The notes: generated from the letters alone by a model not told the origin. A DNA stretch of 61,867 nt from Chryseobacterium gleum (GCA_945869405.1 CAMBPD010000001.1:1-61867), one strand, 5' to 3'. Positions 35,304 through 45,498 are shown, counted from the first letter of the stretch. Made by a program: numbers and translations.

Positions 35304-36473
35304 TTAATTGCCGCAAGGAAAATCCGAGGACCCATTGGGATCGCAAAAATTAAGAGGGGCTGTGTACGGACTATTCACCAAAGCGCCCAAATTACCAGAG
35401 TTTGGTTGATTGTTGTTGTCGAAAGCTACGAGTGGCAGGCTAATTAAATTACGCGTACCTCGCGAAGCGAACAACCCTATTCCATTGCTCACATTGGTGT
35501 ATATAGGGCGCTCTTGCACAACACCTGTTGAAGGTGAATTGACTTCGATATAAGACTTGAGATCCTCATTGCCAAGTGTGAGCAGCACATCAAAACACTC
35601 GGTGCGCTGTTGCTGTGTGTCATATGTTCCTATGACGCGACGAATACGTTGGTCTGCAACTAAGCTGTTTTGTAGAAAAGAGAAAAAGGCCTCGCCATCG
35701 AAAGTCAATTTTAGCAACTGCCCTGATGTAATGTCGCTCGATGAAATACTGCCAAGGTAATAGTCAAGAAACTTTGGAGTAGAACTAATAGGTGCGCTTG
35801 ACCAATCCGCATTTTCGTATACCAACTCCGTGTAATTAAACCGTAAGCGAGCATCGTAGACGCTTGCATTGGTTGCTGCATTCCATCGTATGGCAACTTC
35901 AGAAGTATAGTTGAAACCTCCGTTGGTTGAAATGGAGGCAAGAATAAACGTCGTGTTCGGCTGTGGACTGAGCCAAGCAAAACTTGCATAGCTCACAACT
36001 TGCGTAGTTGCGGAAACCTCTCTGCCATCGGTGAACTGAAGAACAATTCGATAATCAGAATTTTGATTCAGCCCGGGAGAAGAAGGAACAAAGTAATACA
36101 TCGTCTGTTGCGGGCCGTAAAAAATCCCATTCAATTGGCGATTACTCACCGTTGTAGATACGAGTTCAAACTCCTCCACTACGTCACCGTCTAAGATCCG
36201 TTCCACCACTTTTTTAACGAAGTCTTCATCAGTGTATTCAGAACTGTCGCGAATAGCAGCATATGCGTTATTGTCGCCCTCTCCCAAAAAAGTCTTATTG
36301 ATTTTAACCCACTGTGTGTCCTGCACAGTTATTTGATTATCGCTATTGGCATCTGGATCCAACAACCCAAAAATCACCGTTGTATTCTTGTAAGGAGCAT
36401 TGAGTTCTACCTCTGTTTCACACGAGGAAAAAAACACCATCGTCAAAAAACCAACAAAAATCGTATTTCTCAT
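35304..36473 (-). CDS. hypothetical lipoprotein, possibly DUF4249-like
   Basis: The lipobox is MRNTIFVGFLTMVFFSSC. The C-terminal ..TNVSNGIGLFASRG resembles the G.G.F(G/A) end of DUF4249 as I recall it, so the family assignment is tentative. Confidence 0.5.
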   Translation of the reverse strand: MRNTIFVGFLTMVFFSSCETEVELNAPYKNTTVIFGLLDPDANSDNQITVQDTQWVKINKTFLGEGDNNAYAAIRDSSEYTDEDFVKKVVERILDGDVVEEFELVSTTVSNRQLNGIFYGPQQTMYYFVPSSPGLNQNSDYRIVLQFTDGREVSATTQVVSYASFAWLSPQPNTTFILASISTNGGFNYTSEVAIRWNAATNASVYDARLRFNYTELVYENADWSSAPISSTPKFLDYYLGSISSSDITSGQLLKLTFDGEAFFSFLQNSLVADQRIRRVIGTYDTQQQRTECFDVLLTLGNEDLKSYIEVNSPSTGVVQERPIYTNVSNGIGLFASRGTRNLISLPLVAFDNNNQPNSGNLGALVNSPYTAPLNFCDPNGSSDFPCGN

Positions 36474-36580
36474 TTTAAACATGCTTGATTGCGTTGAGGC
36501 ACAAATGTACCCAAATGTGAGTGTCACAGCACTTTGTGAAAGCCCACTGTAGACGTTTTACAGATTGATTGTAGCGTACC

Positions 36581-37636
36581 CTACAACGAAATCAAAAACA
36601 TCATGGTGTCTGCGCCATCCGCATAGTCCCAAAGGGCAGGACTTTGACTCCCTCCAAATGGCACGTCGTCATGACTCACTAAACATTGGATTTCATTTTC
36701 TCTTGCGGTTAACTCCTGCCGCAATAATGCCATGTCGGAATAATGCTCGAAATAGAGACTTCCGGTTGGAGAGGCAAGTGACTTGTCTTCTTTCAACAAC
36801 AGAAATCCGTTATCAAGCAGAGGTTCCATGTTCAATAGCCAAACCGCCTTGTTGTAATCATAGTTATTCGCGTATTTATTATGATTTACGATCTCATTGT
36901 ATTCGTACAGCGCCTCGAACAAGCGGTCGATGATAAACCCTTGAGGCAGGTAAACCTTGGATACATTTCTGCATCCCAACCCAAAATAATCAAACACATC
37001 ACGACCCAACGCCTTCAGTTCTTCTTCCGTTTCATTCCCATCAAGTATGGCTACACTGGTTCTGCCTTTTCGAATTATGTGTGGCAAATGACCAAAATAC
37101 TGCTCGAAATACCTGGATGTGTTGTTGCTTCCGGTAGCAATCAATGCCTGCATATCGTTCATACGGCCATTGGAAAAGATAATCTGCTCGCCTACGGACT
37201 CATCCCATCGGATGAGAAACTTCAACAAGGCTGGCATGAGCAAGCTGTCGTCTGAAGACAATTTTATGTAGGCAATGTGCCCACTTAGAACGACACTTAA
37301 AACATCATGAAAGCCCACCAATGGCAAATTTCCGGCACAGATAATTCCAACTCTCTTAGGAGCCCCATCCCCCTCCCACGTGTATCTTTCAATCCACTCA
37401 GAAACTCTGCTGTATTGCAACTCAGCACTCCAAGCGAACAAGGCCTTTCGAATGTTGTTCTCAGTAAACCAACCATTGTGATGAACATGCGTTTCCATAA
37501 GTAGAATTAACTCTGAATACTCTTCCTCTGTAATGCCTGATTCATAACCAGGCCATTTAGGCGAAGAGGCCAAGAGGCCAAGCAACCGACTCAACTGGTC
37601 GATTGCGCGAATTCGGTATTCAGATGGTCTATGCAT
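36581..37636 (-). CDS. acyl-CoA reductase (LuxC-like)
   Basis: ..RVGIICAGNLPLVGFHDVLSVVLSGH..IATGSNNTSRYFEQYF..GRTSVAILDG..DVFDYFGLGCRNVSK is the LuxC-family pattern seen in roughly 350-aa Bacteroidota proteins. Confidence 0.7.
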   Translation of the reverse strand: MHRPSEYRIRAIDQLSRLLGLLASSPKWPGYESGITEEEYSELILLMETHVHHNGWFTENNIRKALFAWSAELQYSRVSEWIERYTWEGDGAPKRVGIICAGNLPLVGFHDVLSVVLSGHIAYIKLSSDDSLLMPALLKFLIRWDESVGEQIIFSNGRMNDMQALIATGSNNTSRYFEQYFGHLPHIIRKGRTSVAILDGNETEEELKALGRDVFDYFGLGCRNVSKVYLPQGFIIDRLFEALYEYNEIVNHNKYANNYDYNKAVWLLNMEPLLDNGFLLLKEDKSLASPTGSLYFEHYSDMALLRQELTARENEIQCLVSHDDVPFGGSQSPALWDYADGADTMMFLISL

Positions 37637-37684
37637 ACATCACATGGTGTTATTTTTGTGTCGCAAAATTAGAACGTATCGACT

Positions 37685-38035
37685 ATGGCTATTATGATTA
37701 CCGATGAATGCATCAATTGTGGTGCATGCGAACCAGAATGTCCGAACCACGCAATCTACGAAGGTGGCGCGGAATGGAAGTATTCTGAGGGTACGGGGCT
37801 AAAAGGAATCTTCACTCCTTTGGTAAACGCCGGAGAAGTGGATGCTGATGCGAACCAGACTCCGGCAAGTATGGAGGTCTACTACATCGTTTCTGACAAA
37901 TGCACTGAATGCGTTGGCTTTCATGATGAACCTCAGTGCGCCGCTGTGTGCCCGGTCGATTGCTGCGTTGACGACCCTGATCATCGCGAAAGCGAAGAAC
38001 AGTTGAAAGCAAAAAAAGCATTCATGCACCTCTAG
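37685..38035 (+). CDS. 4Fe-4S dicluster ferredoxin
   Basis: [12 protein letters not shown] and [18 protein letters not shown] are the two cluster-binding motifs. A TATTTTTG box at 37651-37658 is a possible -7 element. Confidence 0.85.
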   Translation: MAIMITDECINCGACEPECPNHAIYEGGAEWKYSEGTGLKGIFTPLVNAGEVDADANQTPASMEVYYIVSDKCTECVGFHDEPQCAAVCPVDCCVDDPDHRESEEQLKAKKAFMHL

Positions 38036-38038
38036 GGC

Positions 38039-40336
38039 TCAGCGAACAATCAACTCATCGCAAAACAACCAAGAGGGCTCCCCAGGTGCGTCGTGCCAGG
38101 TAGGACAAGGACCGTGATTCTGCGCGACCATTTTAACGTACCGAGCCTTTTCATTCAGTCGTTTCAGCGATAGTGGCTCAAAAAATTCGCCGTCCTTCTT
38201 TTCGTCCATTTTACAGTCTGCTTGGCCGACCGATTTCCAATTCTCTCCGTCATCACTAATGAAATATTCCACCGATTTCGGGAGGAAAATCCAGGCATTG
38301 CCATACATAAACCAACGAGTTTCCAATTCTTGAATTTCTGTTGATGCTCCTAAGTCGACGACTGCTTCCATGTTCTTGCCTTGAACCGCCTGCCACGCGC
38401 CATCACGAAAATTAGTAGAGCCCAACCTACCATCCACCAAGGCTTTTACTCCGCCTCCCGTATACCAAGGCGATGGCTCATAGAAAAGAGTGAGTGAATC
38501 ATTCAACGCCTTATGCGGTTCAAACAACCACATCATGGGCTCGGCATAACGCATTTCACTCATGGTTGCTTGGGCGCTTAGCAACGTTGGCCTGTCAATC
38601 AATATAGCATTATTGTAATTCAGGATTTTGTCTCCCGGCCTTGTGCCTGCAGGTGCCAACGAGTAGGTAACATGTACTCCTTGAAAAGCAGGCTTCAATT
38701 CAACGTTCAAGGTATTTTCCGCAGGAGTCGCGTGCATCGATACGGGCACCGTGGGAAAACCGGAATTGATCCCAAGCGCTCGCAAACGAGGGTAATGTTC
38801 TTCCACCCGCTTGCTGAACGCTTCATAATTACGCTGGTCAGGATAGGTCCACAACACTTCTGCAAGAGCCAACATGCGCGGAAAAACCTTGCTGTCGACC
38901 GTTTCTTGAGGCGCATGCTCTGTCCACATGTTGCACTCACCTCCGCGAATGTATTTCGACTCCGCTAGGGAAAGAGAAGCCGGAATTGGATTGAAATTAT
39001 AGACCTCTTCCATGTCCGTTGAACTCAGACCATAGTCGAAATAGCAATGGCTGGTGGGCGACATTACCACATCATGCCCTGCCTTGGCTGCGTGTTCGCC
39101 GCCCTCCATGCCGCGCCAACTTTGTATCATGGCATCGGCCGGAATGCCGCCTTCCAGAATTTCATCCCACCCAATTATGCGCTTGCCTTTTGATGCTAGA
39201 AAACGAGCAATTCGTTCGATGAAATAGGTCTGTAATTCCGCCTCATCCGCTAGTTTTTCCTGTTTAATTCTTCGCTGACACTTATCGCAATGTTCCCAAC
39301 GAAACTTTGGTGCTTCATCGCCGCCGATATGAATGAAGGCGGAAGGGAAAAGTTCACAAACCTCCGTGAGCACGTTTTCCAAGAACTCAAACGTGTATTC
39401 ATCGCCTGCACAATAAATATCTTTGAAAACACCCCAATCATTTTCAACTGCGATTAGCTCATGCGTGCAGCTCAGGGCGGGGTAGGCAGCAATGGCAGCG
39501 CTGGAGTGCCCCGGCAATTCAATTTCAGGAATAACCGCTATGTGTCGTTGTTCTGCATAAGCAACAATCTCTCGGATTTCTGCCTTTGTATAAAAGCCTC
39601 CGTACGTGGTGCCATCCTTCTCTGTGCGCCATGCACCCACCTCGGTGAGCAATGGATATTGATCGATTTGGATGCGCCAGCCCTGATCTTCCGTGAGATG
39701 CCAATGCAACACATTCATTTTGTAGTATGCCAATGCGTCGATGTATTTCTTAATGAACTCGACCGACATAAAATGTCTACAACAATCGAGAAGCAGTCCA
39801 CGGTGCGGAAAACGCGCGCCATCGTTGATAACCAAAGAGGGCAGTGAATAGGGCAAGGACAATTGATGGTGTTCTGCTTGAGCGGGAAACAACTGCCTCA
39901 AGGTTTGAACACCGTAAAACGCACCTATATCGAACTCCGCATTAATGATAATGCCCTTAGGAGTAATGTTTATTCTATATCGAGAACGATCAGCTTCTAG
40001 AGCGCGCATGCGCAAGGAATCGGGCAAACTCTTTAGGCTCTCCTCCGTAAACTCTTGGCTTCTCTTGGAACTGCTTACTAGTATAAAATTCTCCTTCGGC
40101 AGCTCGTTCATATCAATGAGCTGAAACTCTCTTCCGCAAGCCGTTGAAAGCCATTCGGCAAGAAAAGTCGCTTCTTGCTTTGCTGCCCTGTTACACGCAA
40201 TTACTGTTTGTTCGTTGAGCACAAACTGAGAGGAGCCCATGCTCCACTGATCGGGCTGGGGTATAACCGTGAGTTGGGCAAGCAATTGGAGATGAAAGAA
40301 AATGGGAACTACAACAACCAATAAGTGGCGCATCAT
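38039..40336 (-). CDS. beta-N-acetylhexosaminidase (GH20) with a C-terminal F5/8 type C (discoidin) domain
   Basis: RFPHRGLLLDCCRHF..MNVLHWHLTEDQGWRIQI..IPEIELPGH..IHIGGDEA are the GH20 motifs, and a signal peptide is present. The C-terminal ..WQAVQGKNMEAVVDLG..VEYFISDDGENW.. is discoidin-like. Confidence 0.85.
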   Translation of the reverse strand: MMRHLLVVVVPIFFHLQLLAQLTVIPQPDQWSMGSSQFVLNEQTVIACNRAAKQEATFLAEWLSTACGREFQLIDMNELPKENFILVSSSKRSQEFTEESLKSLPDSLRMRALEADRSRYRINITPKGIIINAEFDIGAFYGVQTLRQLFPAQAEHHQLSLPYSLPSLVINDGARFPHRGLLLDCCRHFMSVEFIKKYIDALAYYKMNVLHWHLTEDQGWRIQIDQYPLLTEVGAWRTEKDGTTYGGFYTKAEIREIVAYAEQRHIAVIPEIELPGHSSAAIAAYPALSCTHELIAVENDWGVFKDIYCAGDEYTFEFLENVLTEVCELFPSAFIHIGGDEAPKFRWEHCDKCQRRIKQEKLADEAELQTYFIERIARFLASKGKRIIGWDEILEGGIPADAMIQSWRGMEGGEHAAKAGHDVVMSPTSHCYFDYGLSSTDMEEVYNFNPIPASLSLAESKYIRGGECNMWTEHAPQETVDSKVFPRMLALAEVLWTYPDQRNYEAFSKRVEEHYPRLRALGINSGFPTVPVSMHATPAENTLNVELKPAFQGVHVTYSLAPAGTRPGDKILNYNNAILIDRPTLLSAQATMSEMRYAEPMMWLFEPHKALNDSLTLFYEPSPWYTGGGVKALVDGRLGSTNFRDGAWQAVQGKNMEAVVDLGASTEIQELETRWFMYGNAWIFLPKSVEYFISDDGENWKSVGQADCKMDEKKDGEFFEPLSLKRLNEKARYVKMVAQNHGPCPTWHDAPGEPSWLFCDELIVR

Positions 40337-41052
40337 GGCAAGGATATTTGTTGATGAAGATTAAATGTGTGTACCGCGGCCAGCGCAGCCGTCTCGGTGC
40401 GCAGGCGTGCTGTTCCAAGACTCACCGGACGAAACGATGACTGGATGGCTTGCTCGATTTCAGATTCAGAAAAATCGCCCTCAGGGCCAATGGCTATGCA
40501 TACCGACGGATTTGAGGTAAGGGCATCACGCAACAAAACACGAGGTAATTGCTCGGCACAGTGAGCAATGAAACGATGATCCGATTCAACCAAAGCAAGC
40601 CATTTATCGAATGCTATAGCCTCGTGAATCGTGGGCAAAATTGTACGTCTGGATTGTTTCAATGCAGAAATGGCCACGCGCTCCAACCGATCGATAGACA
40701 ACCGAGCACGCTCGGAGCGATTGCAGTTCAACAAACTGATTTTTCCGATACCCATCTCTACGGCCTTTTCTACCAACCACTCCATACGATCCGCATTTTT
40801 CGTTGGCGCAATGCCAAGATGCAAAAGAACCGGAGTGTCGGTAGCGCTTAGCAGACCGACAATTTGGGCAGAGACATGGTGCTTGACGATTATCAACTCC
40901 GCTGAAAACAAATCACCCTTTCCGTTAGTAAGATCAATGCGATCAAGATTGCGCAAGCGCAGCGCCTTGGATATGTGCGTGGCTTCCGATGAGTCGAAGG
41001 CCACCACATGGTGTAAACACGCCTCGGGATGATAAAAAAACGTTGTTGTCAT
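40333..41052 (-). CDS. rsmE: 16S rRNA (uracil1498-N3)-methyltransferase
   Basis: ..HISKALRLRNLDRIDLTNGKGDLF.., ..KNADRMEWLVEKAVEMGI.. and ..IAIGPEGDFSESEI..VSLGTARLRTETAA match RsmE. Confidence 0.85.
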   Translation of the reverse strand: MTTTFFYHPEACLHHVVAFDSSEATHISKALRLRNLDRIDLTNGKGDLFSAELIIVKHHVSAQIVGLLSATDTPVLLHLGIAPTKNADRMEWLVEKAVEMGIGKISLLNCNRSERARLSIDRLERVAISALKQSRRTILPTIHEAIAFDKWLALVESDHRFIAHCAEQLPRVLLRDALTSNPSVCIAIGPEGDFSESEIEQAIQSSFRPVSLGTARLRTETAALAAVHTFNLHQQISLP

Positions 41053-41624
41053 TTCCCTAATTTTCGTATATAGGCTAGGTGCATACCGGCATAGGGTTCT
41101 CTGAAATTCCAGTTGCCAACACCCAAAAGACTCAACCCCGATTTTTTTCCTACACTTATCCCGAATTCCACTTGGAAGGGAACACCAAGTGTGACCCCTG
41201 TGATGTACTCATTTTCATAATCGGCACGCCTGCAATACTGACGCACGTTGAATCCAAAACCAACCGAACCTGTTACATACCAGGACCTACCTCCCCAACC
41301 ATCGCCCCACAAAACACCGATTTCAGCTAACTTGTTGTGCTTTTCAGTGCAGGAGTCATCGGCAGCCATGAAAAGCTCTTGCGTAAGTGCAACTCTCGTT
41401 TGCACCAACGACCCTTCGCCGCGCTTGGAGTAGGTAAACATGCCCTGCCATGACCAGTAATCTGAGGTGTTCAACCCTCCACTCACAGATACCCAACGTT
41501 GGCCACGAAGAGGATTGTCTTCGTATTGAGCAATCACTTGAACAGCTGGTGAGAGAGCCAAAAGAGCGCAAAGAAGCGGCACGCTAAATGTTCCAATTAA
41601 TTTTTCTAAGTGCATGAATCTCAT
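41049..41624 (-). CDS. hypothetical secreted protein, probably a small outer-membrane beta-barrel
   Basis: A signal peptide follows the internal Met (MRFMHLEKLIGTFSVPLLCALLALSPAVQVIAQ). Alternating aromatic/Gly-rich strands are present (WYVTGSVGFGFNV, GVTLGVPFQVEFGISVG). The stop overlaps the rsmE start. Confidence 0.5.
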   Translation of the reverse strand: MRFMHLEKLIGTFSVPLLCALLALSPAVQVIAQYEDNPLRGQRWVSVSGGLNTSDYWSWQGMFTYSKRGEGSLVQTRVALTQELFMAADDSCTEKHNKLAEIGVLWGDGWGGRSWYVTGSVGFGFNVRQYCRRADYENEYITGVTLGVPFQVEFGISVGKKSGLSLLGVGNWNFREPYAGMHLAYIRKLGK

Positions 41625-41780
41625 GAGTAGGTGGCAATAACGCCAGAAATGATGACCATTTCTATGGAAACGGACATTTTTTTCCATACTGCCATGTTTT
41701 TGAACCACATCATCGTACATTTGCCACCCTAAAAATCAATACTTGTTAACTGGGTTTCGTACCCTCCAAACAAAAATAAC

Positions 41781-42353
41781 ATGGCAGTAAAACTTAGACT
41801 TCAACGTCACGGTAAGAAAGGAAGCCCTTTCTATCACATTGTGGCAGCAGACGCTCGTTCACCACGTGATGGTAAATTCATTGAGCGTATTGGCAGCTAC
41901 AACCCAAACACCAACCCGGCAATCATCCAGTTGGACAACACTAAGGCCATCGAGTGGCTTAACAATGGCGCTCAGCCGACCGACACAGTTCGTGCGATGC
42001 TCAGCTACACAGGTGTAATGTATCGCCAACACCTGCAAAAAGGTGTACTGAAAGGTGCATTCACACAGGAAGAAGCAGAAAAGCGTTTTGAAACGTGGAT
42101 TGCTGAGAAGGGTAACAAAATCCAATCAAAGAAAGAGCGCCTAGCAAAAGATAAGACTGACAATGCAAGCAAGGCACTCAAGCATGAGCGCGAGGTAAAC
42201 GAAAACCGCTTGAAAGCAATGACTGCCGCGGCAGAAGCTGTTAGCGCGGCTAACGCAGCTAAAGTAGAAGTGGCCGAAGAAGCACCTGCTGCCGAAGCAC
42301 CTGCTGCTGAGGCACCTGCTGCTGAAGAAGGCGCAGAGAACGCAGAAGCATAA
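41781..42353 (+). CDS. rpsP: 30S ribosomal protein S16 with a roughly 100-aa charged/Ala-rich C-terminal extension
   Basis: MAVKLRLQRHGKKGSPFYHIVAADARSPRDGKFIERIGSYNP.. is the S16 core. The tail ends ..EEAPAAEAPAAEAPAAEEGAENAEA. Confidence 0.9.
   Translation: MAVKLRLQRHGKKGSPFYHIVAADARSPRDGKFIERIGSYNPNTNPAIIQLDNTKAIEWLNNGAQPTDTVRAMLSYTGVMYRQHLQKGVLKGAFTQEEAEKRFETWIAEKGNKIQSKKERLAKDKTDNASKALKHEREVNENRLKAMTAAAEAVSAANAAKVEVAEEAPAAEAPAAEAPAAEEGAENAEA
42279..42323 (+). repeat. 3 x 15-bp in-frame tandem repeat (ga[ag]gcacctgctgc[ct]) in the rpsP tail
   Basis: Read directly from the sequence; it encodes (E)APAAE x3. Confidence 0.85.
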
Positions 42354-42371
42354 TTGACACATGACTATACA

Positions 42372-42400
42372 AAGCCACTCCTCGGGGTGGCTTTTTTTTT
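42372..42400 (+). terminator. rho-independent terminator or attenuator between rpsP and rimM
   Basis: aagccac-tcctcggg-gtggctt is followed by a T-run of 9, located 19 nt after the rpsP stop and 17 nt before the rimM ATG. Confidence 0.6.
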
Positions 42401-42416
42401 CTAACTCAACGCACAC

Positions 42417-42959
42417 ATGGCCGTAATTCCCGACAAAAAAGACCTTTACTCCATCGGTTACTTTTCCAAACTCCATGGTTTCAAAGGAGAACTCACTGCA
42501 GCAATAGACACCAAAAACATTCGTGACTACGAAGGTCTAGAAGCTATTTACCTTGAAGTAAATGGCATATTGGTCCCCTATTTCATTGCGTTGTTGGAAT
42601 ACAAAACAAATACCTCAGCCAAGGTAAAATTGGAGGGTGTTGAAGACGAGGCTAGTGCAAAGGCACTAGTAAAGTCGAGCATTTATATAGACCGCAAAGA
42701 CATGAGTACGTTCGACACCGACCGGGCCGCATTGCGGGCTATCACTGGCTACAGAGTTTTTGATGAAGAACATGGTGACATTGGCATTGTAGAGAACATC
42801 GAAGAGTCGAACAACAACCCGTTGTTGATTGTGCGTCATGGTAAGAAGGAAATTCTTCTTCCGTTGAACAGTAATTTTTTCCAAACTATTGACGACGAAA
42901 AGAAAGAAATACACATCATCGCGCCCGGTGGCTTAATCGACTTTTACCTCGGTCAATAA
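42417..42959 (+). CDS. rimM: ribosome maturation factor RimM
   Basis: ..IGYFSKLHGFKGELT.. is the RimM N-terminal pattern, followed by a PRC-barrel-like C-terminus. The canonical position after rpsP supports the call. Confidence 0.85.
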   Translation: MAVIPDKKDLYSIGYFSKLHGFKGELTAAIDTKNIRDYEGLEAIYLEVNGILVPYFIALLEYKTNTSAKVKLEGVEDEASAKALVKSSIYIDRKDMSTFDTDRAALRAITGYRVFDEEHGDIGIVENIEESNNNPLLIVRHGKKEILLPLNSNFFQTIDDEKKEIHIIAPGGLIDFYLGQ

Positions 42960-43074
42960 AGGAAAGTAGGCAAGTTCAACACCCTAGACAGCCGTCAACT
43001 TCTTGGCCCCTTGCAGCGCAATGAGGGTGCAAGTCTGCGTACATTTGCCCCCGAACAAAAAACTTCTGATAACG

Positions 43075-45348
43075 ATGAACAACGTTTTCGATTTAGATAT
43101 GATCAGAGCCGTTTACGGCCGCTTCCCAGAACGTGTAGAAGCAGCTAGAAAGGCTACAGGCAGACCTCTGACCCTTACCGAAAAAATCTTATACACTCAC
43201 CTCTGGAGCGGCAGTGCAAACAATGCTTTTGAACGCGGCAAGAGCTACGTAGACTTTGCTCCCGACCGTGTGGCCATGCAAGACGCAACTGCACAGATGG
43301 CCCTTTTACAATTTATGCAAGCCGGACGCAAACAGGTTGCGGTGCCTAGCACTGTGCACTGTGACCACTTGATACAAGCACGCGTTGGCTCTTCGCAAGA
43401 CTTGACCGATGCTCTTTCCAAGAACAACGAAGTTTTTAACTTCCTTTCCTCTATTTCCAATAAATACGGCATTGGCTTTTGGAAACCCGGCGCAGGTATT
43501 ATTCACCAAGTTGTATTAGAGAACTATGCATTCCCTGGTGGAATGATGATCGGAACAGATTCTCATACGGTTAACGCGGGTGGTTTGGGCATGGTGGCCA
43601 TTGGTGTTGGTGGTGCAGATGCGATGGACGTGATGGCTGGCATGGCCTGGGAGTTGAAATTTCCAAAACTGATAGGTATTAAACTCATCGGCAAGCTCAA
43701 TGGCTGGTGCTCTGCGAAAGACGTCATCTTAAAAGTGGCTGGAATCCTTACCGTGAAGGGAGGAACAGGTTGCATTGTGGAATATTTCGGAGACGGAGCG
43801 AAATCGCTTTCCTGCACAGGAAAAGGAACCATCTGCAATATGGGAGCTGAAATTGGAGCTACCACTTCCACTTTTGGTTACGACGAAAGCATGGAGCGTT
43901 ACCTGCGTTCAACCGGACGTAGCGAAGTGGCTGATTTGGCAAATAGCATCAAGTCTCACCTCACAGGCGACGATGAAGTGTATGACAATCCAGAGCAATA
44001 CTTTGACCAAGTATTTGAGATTAATTTGAGCGAACTGGAGCCGCATTTAAACGGACCCTTCACACCTGATTTGGCAACGCCAATTTCAAAGATGAAAGAA
44101 GAGGCGGCAAAAAATAACTGGCCCACCAAAGTTGAAGTAGGACTCATCGGTTCATGCACCAACTCATCCTACGAAGACATTGCTCGTTCGGCATCATTGG
44201 CCAAGCAAGTAATTGCAAAACACCTTAAGCCAAAGGCTGAGTTTAGCATCACCCCCGGTAGCGAAGTAGTTCGCTATACCATTGAACGTGATGGCTTCAT
44301 TGACACATTCAACAAGATGGGAGCAACCGTATATGCGAACGCATGCGGACCGTGCATAGGCATGTGGGCGCGTGTAGGAGCAGATAAGAAGGAGAAGAAC
44401 ACCATTGTTCACTCATTCAACCGCAATTTCCAGAGCCGCAACGACGGCAACCCCAATACGCTTGCATTTGTTGCTTCGCCAGAATTGACTACAGCACTTG
44501 CAATAGCAGGCGACCTTACATTCAACCCGATTACTGACACACTCATAAACGAAAAAGGCGAGCACGTTAAACTCGACCCACCTAGCGGTGACGAGCTACC
44601 CACCAAAGGATTCGATGCAGAAGACCCAGGCTACCAAGGGCCGGCAGAAGACGGCAGCGGCGTTGAAATCAAGGTGGCAAGCGACAGCGAGCGTCTGCAA
44701 TTGCTTGCTCCTTTCAGCGATTGGGATGGACAGAACATCACTGGCGCACGTGTACTGATTAAGGCAAAGGGCAAGTGCACGACCGACCACATCTCGATGG
44801 CCGGTCAGTGGTTGCGTTTCCGTGGTCACCTCGACAACATTGCCAACAATACGCTCATTGGCGCTACCAACTTCTTCAACGGTGCTCAGAACAGCGTGAA
44901 GAACCAATTGACCGGTGCATACGACGAAGTACCGAAAGTACAACGTGCCTATAAAGCAGCGGGTGTGCCAACGCTTGTAGTGGGCGACCAGAACTACGGT
45001 GAAGGTTCATCGCGTGAGCACGCAGCCATGCAACCACGTCATTTAGGTGTACGTGCGATATTGGTGAAGTCGTTTGCCCGTATTCACGAAACCAACTTGA
45101 AGAAGCAAGGCATGTTGGCCCTTACGTTCAACAACGAAGCAGACTACGATAAGATTCAGGAAAACGATGTGGTGAACTTCACTGACCTCGTTTCGTTTGC
45201 ACCAGATAAGCCCCTGCATTTGGAGCTTGTTCATGAAGACGGTTCGAAAGATACCATTGCCGTGAACCACACCTATAATGCTCAGCAGATAGAGTGGTTC
45301 AAAGCAGGTGGCGCATTGAATTTGATACGGAAGGGTTTGGTGAATTAA
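43075..45348 (+). CDS. acnA: aconitate hydratase (roughly 755-aa mitochondrial-type aconitase)
   Basis: ..[70 protein letters not shown].. match aconitase. The start is at ATG 43075, and a TACATTTG box lies at 43040-43047. Confidence 0.9.
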   Translation: MNNVFDLDMIRAVYGRFPERVEAARKATGRPLTLTEKILYTHLWSGSANNAFERGKSYVDFAPDRVAMQDATAQMALLQFMQAGRKQVAVPSTVHCDHLIQARVGSSQDLTDALSKNNEVFNFLSSISNKYGIGFWKPGAGIIHQVVLENYAFPGGMMIGTDSHTVNAGGLGMVAIGVGGADAMDVMAGMAWELKFPKLIGIKLIGKLNGWCSAKDVILKVAGILTVKGGTGCIVEYFGDGAKSLSCTGKGTICNMGAEIGATTSTFGYDESMERYLRSTGRSEVADLANSIKSHLTGDDEVYDNPEQYFDQVFEINLSELEPHLNGPFTPDLATPISKMKEEAAKNNWPTKVEVGLIGSCTNSSYEDIARSASLAKQVIAKHLKPKAEFSITPGSEVVRYTIERDGFIDTFNKMGATVYANACGPCIGMWARVGADKKEKNTIVHSFNRNFQSRNDGNPNTLAFVASPELTTALAIAGDLTFNPITDTLINEKGEHVKLDPPSGDELPTKGFDAEDPGYQGPAEDGSGVEIKVASDSERLQLLAPFSDWDGQNITGARVLIKAKGKCTTDHISMAGQWLRFRGHLDNIANNTLIGATNFFNGAQNSVKNQLTGAYDEVPKVQRAYKAAGVPTLVVGDQNYGEGSSREHAAMQPRHLGVRAILVKSFARIHETNLKKQGMLALTFNNEADYDKIQENDVVNFTDLVSFAPDKPLHLELVHEDGSKDTIAVNHTYNAQQIEWFKAGGALNLIRKGLVN

Positions 45349-45367
45349 AAAGCAAGCTCTACAACAT

Positions 45368-45400
45368 AAAAAAAGCCCCGATAGAATTGGGGCTTTTTTG
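45368..45400 (+). terminator. rho-independent terminator after the aconitase gene
   Basis: aaaaaaa-agcccc-gatagaatt-ggggct-tttttg, located about 20 nt after the stop. Confidence 0.65.
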
Positions 45401-45498
45401 TTTCAAAAAGATGTCCATAGACTATAGAACATTTTAGTGTCAATGAGGCACTAACGACCACAAACTTCCCATTGAAAATTCACCCTTATTTTTGCGCT

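Noticed and set aside
43003-43074. N-terminal extensions suggested by the ORF track for this gene and others (7963, 11213, 34118, 41720, 46860, 47608, 50267, 53502, 56938)
   Set aside because: In each case an internal Met aligns with the conserved family N-terminus or with a signal peptide and removes overlap with the upstream gene. The extensions have implausible Cys/His-rich composition.
45487-45494. TATTTTTG -7-like box upstream of lpxC-fabZ
   Set aside because: It ends only 4 nt before the ATG at 45499, too close to drive a transcript containing that start codon unless the mRNA is leaderless from a different start. I did not report it as a promoter.
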